A stretch of DNA of 64,000 nucleotides from NCBI GenBank assembly GCA_951406725.2, contig OX597830.1:66712001-66776000 (forward strand), read 5' to 3'. A program made the position numbers and the translations under genes. This DNA comes from Octopus vulgaris (lineage: Eukaryota). Every line of letters starts with the position of its first letter. The first letter of the stretch is position 1. Under the pieces are notes generated by a model. That model saw only the letters and a list, made by a program, of their open reading frames with translations. It had not been told where the DNA came from and did not search any database. Below, in pieces: positions 23,911 through 37,703 of the stretch.

Positions 23911-24046
23911 TATATATCGATGCATATAAATATATATATATATATAAACAATTAAAATGACAAAGGAAAATAAATTATGTCATGAACTTCTTTAACTTAC
24001 AACTGTAAGATGCATTGCAATTTACAGCAGAAACTTCATGTTTGGA

Positions 24047-24125
24047 GCTCTGATGAAGCTAGAGGGTGATACACAAGCATTCAACTATGAGTACATTGCA
24101 TCTTGTAGCGGAAACAGCTGTAAGC
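24047..24125 (+). ncRNA. Minimal hammerhead ribozyme-like motif in a decayed Penelope-like terminus (about 23950-24215)
   Basis: GCU-CUGAUGA-AGCUA...UAGCG-GAAA-C-AGCU-G-UA-AGC; palindromic helix III ACAGCUGU; diverged inverted copy of the downstream part at about 23952-24006. Confidence 0.6.
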
Positions 24126-24323
24126 CAATGCAGTTTATTACAATTTCCTTTCCTTAGTCATTTATTTTCTCATATCTGCTCTGTACTTGACTGACACTTT
24201 ATTCTGAAGCAAATATATATATTGAGTTCTAACACTAGGTTATTAGTATCACTATGCCTAAGCAAAATAATAAAATACAGACACACACACACACACACAA
24301 ACACAAACACACATGCATATCTA

Positions 24324-24398
<75 letters not shown>

Positions 24399-24410
24399 GT
24401 ATGTATGTGT

Positions 24411-24720
24411 GGAGGCACAATGGCCTAGTGGTTAGGGCAGCTGACTCGAGGTCGTAGTATTGCGATTTCGATTCCCAGACCGGGCGTTGTGTGTGTTTAT
24501 TGAGCGAAAACATCTACAGTTCCAGGAGGCTCCGGCAGGGGGTGGTGGCGATCCCTGCTGTACTCTTTCACCACAACTTTCTCTCACTCTTTCTTCTGTT
24601 GGCCTGCTCGCTTAGCCAGCGGAGTCACGTCATTTGAAGGCTAAAACAATGCAAAGCGCATTGTGACCAGCGATGTGTAACAACATCTGATAGCCTGGTT
24701 GGTCACAGTGATCACAGTGA
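24411..24720 (+). mobile_element. SINE family B, tail type 1
   Basis: tRNA-like head tggcctagtggttagggcagctgactcg...ttcgattccc; tail ...ggtcacagtgatcacagtga. Confidence 0.88.
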
Positions 24721-26438
24721 TATATGTATGTCTGTCTGTATGTATGTATATCGAATGCAGCCCACCTGCCTTTTATGGTTCTCATTCATGTGCTATAGAT
24801 CAGCTGGTACTCATTAAAATTCTCCTAACACTGGCTTACTGTTGTCAAACTGTCCTGTTTACCTGACATTCTAGTGGTTTTACTGCTTCTTTGAACTTGC
24901 TGAAACAATATCACGTACATCCATTTTAAATTGACCTTCAGCCCTTTCTTCTGTTTTCACCTCTTAACCTCTCATCTCCCAAACCAAATTTATAAACCAC
25001 AAGAAATTGAATGACGCCAGCTTTTCATAGTGTGAATCGGATGGGAAATATATATGAATAAAAGAGATGTCAACCTGCTGTGAGAAATACACAATAATGG
25101 TTCATACAATCCTTGTGTTATTTGTTCTTTATGAAAAGCTCCTCACAAAAACTGCTTGTCTCAGTTTCTCACAACATGCCAACACATGCCTCTTGTTTAT
25201 ATATTTCTACTTTCTCAACACTTTTCCTAATTCTTTTCTACTCCAGGCACAAGGCCCGAAATTTTTGTGGGATTAGATTGACCCCAGTACGTAACTAACA
25301 ACAATGATGAATTAAAAATTCTGAGAATAAACAAACAACACAGTCTAAGCAGGCACAGAGATTGTTTACATAAATGCTTCTCGGACAGCCTTTTCTATTT
25401 TCTCATAAAGTTTGAAACTTTTTACGTACCAGTCGATTAGATTGACCCCAGTATGTAACTGGTACTTAATGTATCGACCCCCCAAAATGGATGAAAGGCA
25501 AAGTCGACCTCGGCGGAATTTGAACTCAGAATGTAAAGACAGACAAAATACCACTAAGCATTTCTGCCAGATCGCCACCTTTCTCTAATTAAACACCTGA
25601 GATGAGTTTATTATTGATAATTTTGAAGTGACATTGCTGTACTTAAGATTACCTGCCAACCACAACAGAATTGAGATCTTAAAAACAAGATGCCATGTAA
25701 AAAACATTGGTGTGGGTACTGGTACATCATCATCATCATCATCATTTAGCATCCGTTTTCCATGCTAGCATAGGTTGGACGGTTCAACTGGGGTCTGTGA
25801 AGCCGGAAGGTTGCATCAGGACCACTCAGATCTGGCAGTGTACCTTGTAAAAAAACACTGGTGCTGGTGCCATTTAAGAAGTGCTGATGCCAGTACCAGC
25901 ACGGGTGCTGGTGCCACATAGAAAAGACATTGGTGCCATGTAAAGTGGCTAGTGTTAGGAAGGGCATCCAGTTGTAGAGACGAGGCTAAAATAGACAATG
26001 GAACCTGGTGCAGCTCCTGACCTTGCCAGTTCCTCTCAAACCATCCCACCCATGCCATCATGGAAAATGGACATTAAATGCTGCTGCTGATGATGATTTA
26101 ACCTTAATTTTAGCATAATGTTATCATCATCACCACCAACATCACTATCATCATTATTATCAACAACAACAACAACAACCCCTGGACTTTACTGTCTCAA
26201 GTCCTAGGACTTATTAGGCTGGTTTACATGTTTTCCATAACACATAAGATTCCACAACATTTCCATTGAGCAGGATATTAGTCTGTATCAGGGTTAACCA
26301 TTTGCTGCTGAATGGGCTTCTTCAGCTGTTCATTGTAGGTTAACATTGACTGTGCTTGGTCAGGATTTGTCTCCAGCAAGAACACATGTGGGCTACATGG
26401 CCTGCTTTTTAATCTGCAACAGCAATGACATCTGCTGC

Positions 26439-27081
26439 AAGTGAAGCTATTTGATGCATAAGAAATTTGATGCCTCTCATACTGTGCTTGGTCAGGAATT
26501 GTCTCCAGCAAGAACACATGTGGGCTACATGGCCTGCTAAGTGAAGCCATTTGATGCATAAGAAATTTGATGCCTCTCATACTGTGCTTGGTCAGGAATT
26601 GTCTCCAGCAAGAACACATGTGGGCTACATGGCCTGCTAAGTGAAGCCATTTGATGCATAAGAAATTTGATGCCTCTCATACTGTGCTTGGTCAGGAATT
26701 GTCTCCAGCAAGAACACATGTGGGCTACATGGCCTGCTAAGTGAAGCCATTTGATGCATAAGAAATTTGATGCCTCTCATACTGTGCTTGGTCAGGAATT
26801 GTCTCCAGCAAGAACACATGTGGGCTACATGGCCTGCTAAGTGAAGCCATTTGATGCATAAGAAATTTGATGCCTCTCATACTGTGCTTGGTCAGGAATT
26901 GTCTCCAGCAAGAACACATGTGGGCTACATGGCCTGCTAAGTGAAGCCATTTGATGCATAAGAAATTTGATGCCTCTCATACTGTGCTTGGTCAGGAATT
27001 GTCTCCAGCAAGAACACATGTGGGCTACATGGCCTGCTAAGTGAAGCTATTTGATGCAATAAGAGTTGTGATGCCTCTCAT
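26439..27081. repeat. Tandem array of an exact 100-bp unit (6 full copies plus a partial one) inside an RTE LINE relic
   Basis: Units start at 26439, 26539 ... 26939, with a partial unit at 27039; minus strand includes AGHVAHM (RTE WAGHVARM motif). Confidence 0.95.
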
Positions 27082-27330
27082 GTGCTCTTCCATATTCTTT
27101 CTGTTGTTTCTTCTCAATGGCCAGAATTTCAAGCTTCAACAAGTGGCAATTAAAACCATGTGAAACGGAATGTTTTGTTTGTTCAAAAAATGCAGCGCAC
27201 TGCCCAGTCTAAGAATTGATCCTACAATCTTTCTATAATGAGTGCAACACACTAATCTCTAGCCCATGCACTTTCACCATCAATGCGTCACTGCACATTC
27301 ATTAGTTTCTGATTTGTAATTGCCATGGCA

Positions 27331-27731
27331 TACTCTTTTACTCTTTTACTTGTTTCAGTCATTTGACTGCGGCCATGCTGGAGCACCACCTTTAGTCGAG
27401 CAAATCGACCCTGGGACTTATTCTTTGTAAGCCCAGTACTTATTCTATCAGTCTCTTTTGCCGAACCGCTAAGTGACGGGGACGTAAACACACCAGCATC
27501 GGTTGTCAAGCAATGCTAGGGGGACAAACACAGACACACAAACACACACACACACACACATATATATACGACAGGCTTCTTTCAGTTTCCGTCTACCAAA
27601 TCCACTCACAAGGCATTGGTCGGCCCGGGGCTATAGCAGAAGACACTTGCCCAAGATGCCATGCAGTGGGACTGAACCAGCAACCATGTGGTTGGTTAGC
27701 AAGCTACTTACCACACAGCCACTCCTGCGCC
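27331..27731 (-). mobile_element. SINE family A, full length
   Basis: Reverse complement of 13799-14210. Confidence 0.9.
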
Positions 27732-28577
27732 TGTCTTTTTTCTGTGATATGTACTTGGTACATGGTACCAAACTGGATTCAAAATAAGAAAATTAATTTC
27801 TAAACTAAGGGCAATAAATGTGTCCCAGCTCAGATTAATTTTGGTAATACTTGTATATTATCCAGGAATAAAATACACCTGGTGGTGATGGGGGATCAAA
27901 TGTATCAAAATGCAGTATACATGTAAATCTTTTATTGTGTATCTTGTTTCAGTCGTTAGACTGTGGCCAAGCTGGGGCACCCGCTTCAAAGAGTTTTTAG
28001 TCAAACAAACCGACCTTTTATTTGTTTCAGTCATTTGTGTCTGTGTATGTATGTATGTATGTATGTATGTATGCATGTATGCATGTATGTATGTATGTAT
28101 GCATGCATGCATGCATGCATGCATACGTACATTCATTCATACATGTACATACACACATACATACATACATGCATACATACATACATACATTCATTCATAC
28201 ATGTATATACACACACACATACATACATTCATGCATACATGCATACATACATACATACATACATACATACATACATACATACATACATACTTATATGTGT
28301 GCCTTTGTATTTGTCCTCCCACTGCCTCTTGAACACCAGTGTTGGTTTGTTTATGTTCATGTAAATTATCAGTTCAGCAAAATTAGACTTGTAGTAAATA
28401 CCCTACTGAAAAACAAATCAGTTCTGGGGTTGGTCTATTCAAGTGAACCATTCAAGGTGGTGCCCCAGTATGGCCACAGTCCAGTGACTGAAAGATATTG
28501 ATATAAATCTTTGTTATCCCTGTTCATAATCGCTTCCTTACTCACCTTTGTTTTTTTTTCTCTCCTCTCTTTTACAG

Positions 28578-28666
28578 TTTGTAAATATATTGTACATGAA
28601 CGCTGCGTGCAGAAGGCCCCAGCATCTTGTATTATGACCTATGTGAAATCTAAGAAATCTATCCAG
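28578..28666 (+). CDS. DGKB: DGK exon (C1A, second part): [30 protein letters not shown]
   Basis: Pyrimidine tract plus tacag acceptor, gtatgt donor; 89 nt, phase 1-0; C-x4-H-x2-C-x7-C and TYVKS. Confidence 0.95.
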
Positions 28667-28989
28667 GTATGTCTTGGGTTTTTTTTTTTTTTGGTTTTTT
28701 TTTCAAAGAATTTAAACCTAATTAATGTTGCCGATGTTGTAAGAATTTATAAACTGTGAGAGAATGTGAAGTAAACCATTTAACCCTCTAGCATTCGAAC
28801 CAGCCATATCTGGCCAAAATATTTGATTTGTTTTATGTCAAAACTGGCTAGATCTGGTCTCTCCCTTCATCCTTGCAATGTCATTCTGAAACTAAACGAT
28901 TGTATCATCAAAATCTCTCAGCTACAAAATAGCGCATGATTAATTCAAAACAATATAAATGAACAAATAGGCATAGACAAATGGATAGA

Positions 28990-29002
28990 AAGATAGATAG
29001 AC

Positions 29003-29049
<47 letters not shown>

Positions 29050-29050
29050 C

Positions 29051-29093
<43 letters not shown>

Positions 29094-29385
29094 TAGATAG
29101 ATAGATAGATAGATACATACATACATAGATAGATAAATAGATAGATAGACAGACAGATAGATAGACAAACAGACAGACAGATAGATAGACAGATAGATAG
29201 ACAAACAGACAGACAGATAGATAGACAGATAGATAGACAAACAGACAGACAGATAGATAGACAGACAGATAGACAAACAGACAGACAGATAGACAGACAG
29301 ATAGATAGACAAACAGACAGACAGATAGATAGACAGATAGATAGACAAACAGACAGACAGATAGATAGACAGACAGATAGATAGA
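28990..29385. repeat. (GATA/GACA)n compound microsatellite with higher-order periodicity
   Basis: gacaaacagacagacagatagata blocks recur. Confidence 0.95.
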
Positions 29386-30054
29386 GCTACATACATATAT
29401 GTACATATACACACACACACACACACACACATATGATAGGCTTTTAGTTTCCATCTACCAAATCCACTCACAAGGCTTTGGTTGGAGGCACTTGCCCAAG
29501 GAGTCACACAGTGGGACTGAACCTGGAACCATGCGGTTGGGAAGCAAACTTCTTACCTCACAGGAACACTTCTGAATTTTTTTCATTTTTGTTTCTCCTT
29601 TTAGGTAAAAAAATCAACCACACTACACATTTCAATCCACCTTGCAAAAAAAAAAAAAAAAAAAAAAAAAAAACAAAAAAAAAAACCACACAAAAATAAA
29701 ACAAGCACCCCTTCTTTTATCATAGTTGATTGATTCTTCCCATGATAAAGCAAACTGCCGCAAAAACTGACTCAAAAATGTCCAACATCGAGAGTCATCT
29801 TGCTCGCATGCCTACATTTATGTATAACATTCAAAGCTTTTCATTGGAGCAAGTTATGACATAAATTGTTATAATTTGAAAGCAATTAAATAACAAGAAA
29901 GAAATTTTTACCGAAACCAGACAGCTGTACTTTGTCAGTTTTGCAAAATTTATCTTAGGTTCACGGCACAGTGACAATTCCACAGAATAAAACCTATTTC
30001 TAGACTTTATATGTGGCTACAGACAGAAAACTCAGTGTTCATTCTCTGCATCCG

Positions 30055-30060
30055 CTCTCT

Positions 30061-30104
<44 letters not shown>

Positions 30105-31197
30105 TTCTCTTTCTTTCGCTCTATCCCTCACTCTCCCCTCTCTCTCTCTTAATTTGTCATGTTCTCAATCTCTTAGTTTGCCACTGACTCAAATGTCTCT
30201 GTCCCTGTCTCTCTGTCTCTCTCCTTCTCTATCTCCCTCACTCTCCCCTCTCTCTTTTCCCCCTCCTCTCCTCTCTCTCTCACCCTCACTCTCTCCCTCT
30301 CTATCTCCCTCATTCTCCTCTCTCTTTCCCTTGTCCCTCTCTCACCCTCACTCTCTCCCTCTCTCCTCTCTCTCTCCCTCCCCCATGTCTTTCTGTATCC
30401 TTCCTCTTTAACTTTCTCACTCTCTCTAACTCTTCTTTCTTTTAACTTAATCTCTCTATTTACCACTCCCACAAATGTTTTCCTCCTCTCTTTCTTTCTC
30501 CTTTTCTCTCCTCTCTCTCCTCTCTCTCTCTTTCATTTTGCCAATCTCCTTTCCCTCTCTCCTTCTCTCTCTAACTCACTGCTTTTCCTTTTACCACACT
30601 CTCTCTCCTCTTTCTTTAAGTCACTCCCTCTCTCTCACTTTACCACTATCTCTCTTTCTTCCTTTCTCCTCTCTCTTTCCCTCTCAACACACCCACCACA
30701 CCCTCTTCCGTTATGCACAGAGTCACTTAAATGACAGCAATTTACAACAAAATCGTTTTTCAATTTCTTTAATTTTTTTTTTGAAATGATGACGACAATG
30801 ACGATGATGAGATGATGGTGATGATGATGATGATGATGACAATGTTTATGATTATGATGATAACAATGATGATGGTTACAATAACAATGAGATGATGATG
30901 ATGATGATGACAACGATGATGAGATAAGGATGACGGTGATGGGGATCATTATGATGTTGCCACCACCGATGACAACGCTGCTGACAATGATGATGATGAT
31001 GATGACAATAATAAGATGATGCTGACAACGATGATGAGATGATGATGATGATGACAATAATAAGATGATGATGATGATGAGGATGATGATGATGATGATG
31101 ACAATAATAAGATGATGCTGACAACGATGATGAGATGATGATGACTGTGGTAGGGGTCATTATGATGTTGCCACCGCCGATGTCAACGCTGCTGACA

Positions 31198-31231
<34 letters not shown>

Positions 31232-31287
31232 CGATGATGATGACAATAATAAGATGTTGCTGACAACGATGATGATGACAATAATAA

Positions 31288-31322
<35 letters not shown>

Positions 31323-31350
31323 CAATGACAACGGTGCTGCTGCTGATGAC
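30055..31350. repeat. CT-rich low-complexity tract followed by a degenerate (GAT)n tract
   Basis: CT repeats at 30055-30690; GAT/GAC repeats with an internally duplicated block at 30786-31350. Confidence 0.9.
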
Positions 31351-31744
31351 TAGGATAATTACTCGTTGTTAACAAAGAATTGAGATATATCATATTTTCT
31401 TCCTCGAATGACAAGTTTAATTGAAGGTTTCATTTCCTTGTAATCAATAATTCTACTCGTTTGCATTAAAAGGCATTTTGTGAAATTAGAAGAAAATATG
31501 GTTTGTTGCTTCTCAACAGAGATCATCTTTCAATCTTTATTTTTTACTTGTTTCAGTCATTGGACTGTGGCCATGCTGGGGCATCACCTTGAAGAATTTC
31601 TGTATTTATTCATTTTAAGCCTGGTACTTATTTCTTTGGTCTCATTTGCCAAACTGCTAAGTTACAGGAACATAAACCAACTAAAATACCAGTTACCAAG
31701 GAGAGTGGGGTTACAGACACAAAGACACACACACACACACATGC

Positions 31745-31775
<31 letters not shown>

Positions 31776-32968
31776 AGATAGGCTTCTTCCAGTTTCCATC
31801 TACCAAATCCATTCACGAGTCTTTGGTTAACCCAAGTCTAAAACAGAAGACATTTGCCCAAGGTGCCACGCAATGGGACTGAACCCAAAACTTCTTCTCT
31901 CACACACACACATACATACACGAACCATTTGACAACTGATGTTGGTTTGTTTATGTTCTTGTAACTTAGCACCAAAAAAAAAACGTCCCCTGACAAAAAA
32001 AGGGTCTAATAGAATAAATATGAGGCTTAAAAATAAAATAAGTGCTGGGATCAGTTTTCTTAACTAATCCCTTGAAGGTGGTGCCCTACCATGGCTGAAA
32101 TAAAAAAATAAAAGATAAAATAAAATAAAATAGAAGATAAAAGAACAGAAGTGAATAGCAACATTGTGTTATTTTAAATGTGTTTAATAACCAGCCATAT
32201 TGACAATATAGAACTGTTTGGTAAACATACAATAAATATGCAAATTCTATAAGTCTTTGAAGATAGGTCTGCTACAGTTCTTAAACTGATATAATAATCA
32301 TCATCATCATCATCAACAGCAGCGGCAATGACATTCAATGTCTGTGTTCCATGCTGGCATGGGTTGGGCAGTTTGACTGGAGTCTTTGAGGACAGCAAGG
32401 TGCTCCAGGGTCTGCTTCGGTACAGTTTTTACAGCTGGATGCCCTCCCCACCACCACCCACTTTTATCACGTGTCATCATCAGCAGCAGCATCAGCATCA
32501 TCATTTAATGTCCATTTTCCATGCTGGCAATGGGTTGGACGGTTTGACAGGAGCTGGCAAGGCCAGGGGGCCTCACCAGATTCCATATTCTGTTTCTGGC
32601 TTGGTTTCTATAGCTAGATGGCCTTCCTAATGCTAACCGCTTTACAGAAGACCAGTGTGACACCGAATGTGGCCAGGCTATGTGGAAACCTGTTGTGTGT
32701 GTGTGTGTATGTGTGTTTGTGGGTGTGTGTTTGTTCTTTCGTTGCTTGACAACTGGTGTTGGTTTGTTTACATTCAACAAAAAAAATTACCAATAGAATA
32801 AGTATTAGAGTTTACAAAAAATACTGGGATCAATTTCTTTGACCAAACCCTTGAAGGCAGTGTCCCAGCATAGCTGCTGTAAAATGACTGAAACAGGTAA
32901 AAGATGAGAGCTAAAATGAAGTATACAATGACTCCTTTTCATCTCGCATGTTGTTTTCTCTTTCGCAG

Positions 32969-33079
32969 GATATGCAGCATCACTGGATAGATGGAAACTG
33001 TACCAAAAAATGTGATAAATGCAAAAAGTCTATTAAGTCCGGTATCAATGGCAAAACATGTCGATGGTGTAAAGCATCG
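32969..33079 (+). CDS. DGKB: DGK exon (C1B, first part): DMQHHWIDGNCTKKCDKCKKSIKSGINGKTCRWCKAS
   Basis: tttcgcag acceptor, gtaagt donor; 111 nt, phase 0-0; HxWxxGNC...CDKC...CxWC. Confidence 0.94.
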
Positions 33080-33268
33080 GTAAGTTTTTCTTAACTAACT
33101 TTGTATAATAATTATTAGCAACAGAAGCAATATTGATACTCCAAGACTGTCTTTATACCCAACTTATCATGGATGTTTTGTTACAATGCCAAATATTGTG
33201 GCATTCACCCTGAGAGGTGAATATAGACACATGGGGCATAATATAGACACATGGTGCATGCTATAGAT

Positions 33269-33447
33269 CAGTGGTTTTCAACCAGGGTTCCGCAAGAAGT
33301 TACAAAACTGCTAAAATCGGCAGTAATTTTTAAGTCTCCTGTGCAGATATGTGTGCATAAGACTATTAAATTATTGCACAGGGGTTCCTCGAGCCAGTGG
33401 AATGTTTCCTTGGGGTTCTGCTCCAGCAAAAAGTTTGAAAAGCACTG
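33269..33447. mobile_element. hAT (Charlie-type) MITE
   Basis: TIRs cagtggttttcaa / ttgaaaagcactg; 8-bp TSD ctatagat/gtatagat. Confidence 0.85.
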
Positions 33448-34299
33448 GTATAGATACATGGTGCATAAAAGCACACATAATTTTATTGTTAACAGATGAA
33501 CTGCCAGTTCACTTGATTTCAACATACCCCGTCTCCTCAGTGACAGACATCCGTAGCCATATACCAAGCACATCTCACTGCCAACATTATATAGAATTTC
33601 AGTAACTTTATATAATTTTAAAGGTTTTGCTGCTTCTTTTCACTGGCATGGGTTGAACAGTTCTGCAAATATAAATATTTGCGTAAATTGTTGGATGAAA
33701 CGTTTTACAGTTGGACCACTTTACAGCTAAGACAATGTTTAGTGACTCTTAACCTCTTCTTAGCTGTTGTTTAGGAATATCTCTTCATTACATCACTGTC
33801 AATCTTCTGTTTAAATTGAGGAATCTATGTTGCCATTGCTTTCTTTTTTGTGTTTTCTTTTAATTTCATTTTTTATTGTTTTAATGTTTTCTGTTGATTG
33901 CATCTCCTTACAAACGCGTCAAGTTTCAACATTTTTGCTTTCTGGTCACATGTGTGTGCAATCACACACACACACACTTGAACATTTATTAAGCACTGAG
34001 AATGGATTTGGTAGATGAGAACTGAAAGAAGCCTGTTGTATATACATGTGTGTGTGTGTGCCGCTTCATCTCAACATTATGTGATAGCTGTAAATGAGTG
34101 TCACTGTTGTACAAGTGGTGTTATTGGTTTCCAGTCTTCTATGAAAACACATCCATTCATAAGTAAATATCACCTTACTTGGAAACATGTGAAGCTAAGT
34201 GACAAAGAAGGCATTTGGCTGTTAGAAAATCCACCTTGATGATTTCCATCTGACCCATCCAAGTATGGAAAAGTAAATGTTAAAACAATGCTGTTGTTG

Positions 34300-34331
<32 letters not shown>

Positions 34332-34688
34332 GGCAGCGGTGGTGGCAGCAGTGGTGGTGGTCTTTAAATAAGCCATACAATAAATAACCTCTCTTGAGTA
34401 GTTATATAACATTAGAAGCAAGAATATAGTATTGATTTTTCAGTTACACATAATTCCAATTTAATGTTTTCTTATAGGATTTTTAAAGAACACTTTTATG
34501 CAAAAAAAAAAAAAATAATTACTTGGAATAATATTACTAACATATTCAAGAAGTTAGGGGTGAATGGACATGTGCTTAGAATAATGGTACTTAAAGGAGC
34601 ATTGGTTACAGTTATGTTATACATTTTGTATATCATTGTTTCCTTTTCTAGAATGAAACTATTTCCCTTTACTGTAGAATAGTTGGCA

Positions 34689-35090
34689 GGCACAGGAGTG
34701 GCTGTGTGGTAAGTAGCTTGCTTACCAACCACATGGTTCCGGGTTCAGTCCCACTGCGTGGCACCTTGGGCAAGTGTCTTCTACTATAGCCTCGGGCCGA
34801 CCAAAGCCTTGTGATTGGATTTGGTATACAGAAACTCAAAGAGGCCAGTCATATATATGTATATATATATATATATGTATGTGTATGTTTGTGTGTCTGT
34901 GTTTGTCCTCCTAGCATTGCTTGACAACCGATGCTGGTGTGTTTATGTCCCCGTCACTTAGCAGTTCGGTAAAAGAGACCGATAGAATAAGTACTGGGCT
35001 TACAAAAAATAAATCCCGGGGTCGATTTGCTCGACTAAAGGCGATGCTCCAGTGTGGCCACAGTCAAATGACTGAAACAAGTAAAAGAGT
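34689..35090 (+). mobile_element. SINE family A, full length
   Basis: Same head and tail as 13799-14210. Confidence 0.9.
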
Positions 35091-36150
35091 ATAGTATATG
35101 TGAAAGTTTGGCTGTGTTGTTAAGAAGCTTGCGTTGCAAGCATGTCGTTTTGAGTTCAGTCCTGCTACACAGCTTCTTGAGCGAGTGTCTTTTACTATAG
35201 CCCTGGCCACTGATGCTTTTTGAGTGAATTTGGTAGATGGTAACTCAGTGAAAGATCATCATGTATATGTGCATACACAACATACAGCCTGGTCCGGGAA
35301 TCGAACTCACTATCTCATGATTGTGAGCCTGACGCTCCAACCACTGAGTCATATGCTTTCATAACAGACCTAAGCTAAGTAATAAGTGACCAAGTGTTTT
35401 AGGTAAGCTTAGAAAATGAGGGCTAGAAATACTGATTTAGACAATCAACATTTGAGATTGGTTTATTGGCATTAACCATAAAGAAACGTATAGAATAAGA
35501 TAAGAAATGACTCAGCAGAGAGAAGAAAATTGTAAACTAATTGATCTCTGGCTCTTTTATATATCTTTTGAAAGGAAAATCATTTTGTAGATCAAACTCA
35601 TTTGACAGTGCATCAAACTATAAAACCTTTGTTCCAATTATAAAGTGTTGTCATAATCATTCCTTTTATCTGTAACTGATGCGTGACTGGGCATGCTTAG
35701 TTCATGTCACCACGAAAAAAAAATAACAAACAAAACAAACGGAAAAAGACAAAGAAAATAAACAAAATTTAGCATTCGCTGAAACGATCATGCTGATGAT
35801 GATAATGATGGTGATAATGTTGCAAATTTTATTCACAATTTAAAAATACTTAAAATTTTGGGGGGTCAAATTTTATTTCATCTGATGTTAAATTTGTCAT
35901 ATATATATATATATGCATGTATGTTGTGTGTAAAAATATACACACAAACATATGCACACACACGCACACACACATATCATCATCATCATCATCGTCGTTA
36001 ACGTCCGTTCTCCATGCTAGCATGGGTTGGACGGTTCGACCGGGGTTCTGGGAAGCCAGAAGGCTGCACCAGGCTCCAGTCTAATCTGGCAATGTTTCTA
36101 CAGCTGGATGCCCTTCCTAACGCCATTAATATATAATATATATTTTTATG

Positions 36151-36961
36151 CATGTGTATGAATGAGGACAGCTGGATAAAGAAGTGCCAATCGTTGAAAG
36201 TGGATGGTACCTGTGGAAGAGGGAGACCGAGAAAGACATGGGATGAAGTGGTAAGGACTGATCCCAGGATGCTGGGCCCCACAGAGGAAATGACAATGGA
36301 CTGAGATGTTTGGTGATATGAGGTTCTTGAAAAGACCTGCCCATATCAACGAAACTGAGTTCTAGAAGCGCTGTATGTCCCACCCACACATGACAAGAAA
36401 ACTTCTCACACACCCTACCACAAAAAAATCCAAACTACATCTCTACATCACGTCTCTTCCCCACATTTCCACTTCATGCATTGCGCTTACCTCTCACTCT
36501 CCACTCTTGTCCTTTTGGCCCTGTCTCACTGTATCATTGCACTCTGCTAGCCCTCAACCTCTGTGTCCCACCCGCATGTAACACAAAAACTTCTCACTCA
36601 GCCTACCCCAACACGCCAATCTACATCTCTACATCTCTTCTCTTCCTTACACCTCCTCCTTCATGCACTATGCCTACCTCTCACTCCTCAATCCTTTCCT
36701 CACGGCTGTTTCTCTGTATCATTGCTATCCAGTAGCCCTCCCCCCACACACACTCTCCATATCCGGGGGGGGGGGAGGGGTTCACCACTCACCTCCTGTC
36801 ACTTATATTATGACCTTCAAATCTCAAGGGTATGCCCAGGCACTTACCACCATCTATATATCTCTCTCTTCCTTTACTTAACCATCCCCGTTTATATTCT
36901 GATCCCAGTCCCTTGTGAGTATGCCCAGCACTTTGAGACTCCTGCTGTCTCCCACTCTCTC

Positions 36962-36992
<31 letters not shown>

Positions 36993-37435
36993 CACTCACT
37001 CTCTCACCTTGTACCTCCTCTACTGCAAAACTCCCGTTTCTGTCTCTCTGTCTCACTATAACCTTTCATCATTTGACACATGATCACCTCTTCCAATGCC
37101 CCCGCCCTTCTCAAACTTCCTTCTCTTGCAGGTTACTTGGCAACCCTGTCAGCGCAGGTGCCACTTAAAAAGCATCCAGTCTACACTGTAAAGTGGTTGG
37201 TGTTTGGAAAGGCATCCAATTGTAGAAACAGTGCCAAAACTGACCTCACCTGAGCTTGTGCCATGTAAAAAGCACTAAGTTCACTCTACTTGGTCGTTGG
37301 TGTTAGGAAGGGCATCCAGCTATAAAAACCCTGCTAAACAGTCATAGAAGTCTGGTACAGGCTTCTGCCTGGCCAGCTCCTGTCAAACCATTCCACCCAT
37401 GACAGCATGGACGGTGGACATTAAACTATGATGAT
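36151..37435 (+). mobile_element. 5'-truncated RTE-type LINE (ORF end plus ~1.1-kb 3'UTR)
   Basis: MNEDSWIKKCQSLKVDGTCGRGRPRKTWDEVV...VW*YEVLEKT; the 3' end shares gttaggaagggcatccagct and the (GAT) tail with family D. Confidence 0.8.
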
Positions 37436-37454
37436 ATATTTATATATATATATA

Positions 37455-37666
37455 TACTCTTTACTCTTTTACTTGTTTCAGTCATTTTGACTGCAGCCAT
37501 GCTGGAGCACCGCCTTTAATCATGCAACTCGACCCCGGGACTTATTCTTTTGTAAGCCCAGTACTTATTCTATCAGTCTCTTTTGCCGATCTGCTAAGTA
37601 ACGGGAATATAAACACACCAGCATTGGTTGTCAAGCAATGCTAGGGGGACAAACACAGACACACAA

Positions 37667-37703
<37 letters not shown>

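Noticed and set aside
24411-24490. tRNA gene
   Set aside because: A/B boxes are present but run into a SINE body; no full cloverleaf with an acceptor stem
26439-27081. CRISPR array or repeated 60-aa genes
   Set aside because: Units are contiguous and identical with no unique spacers; eukaryotic intron context
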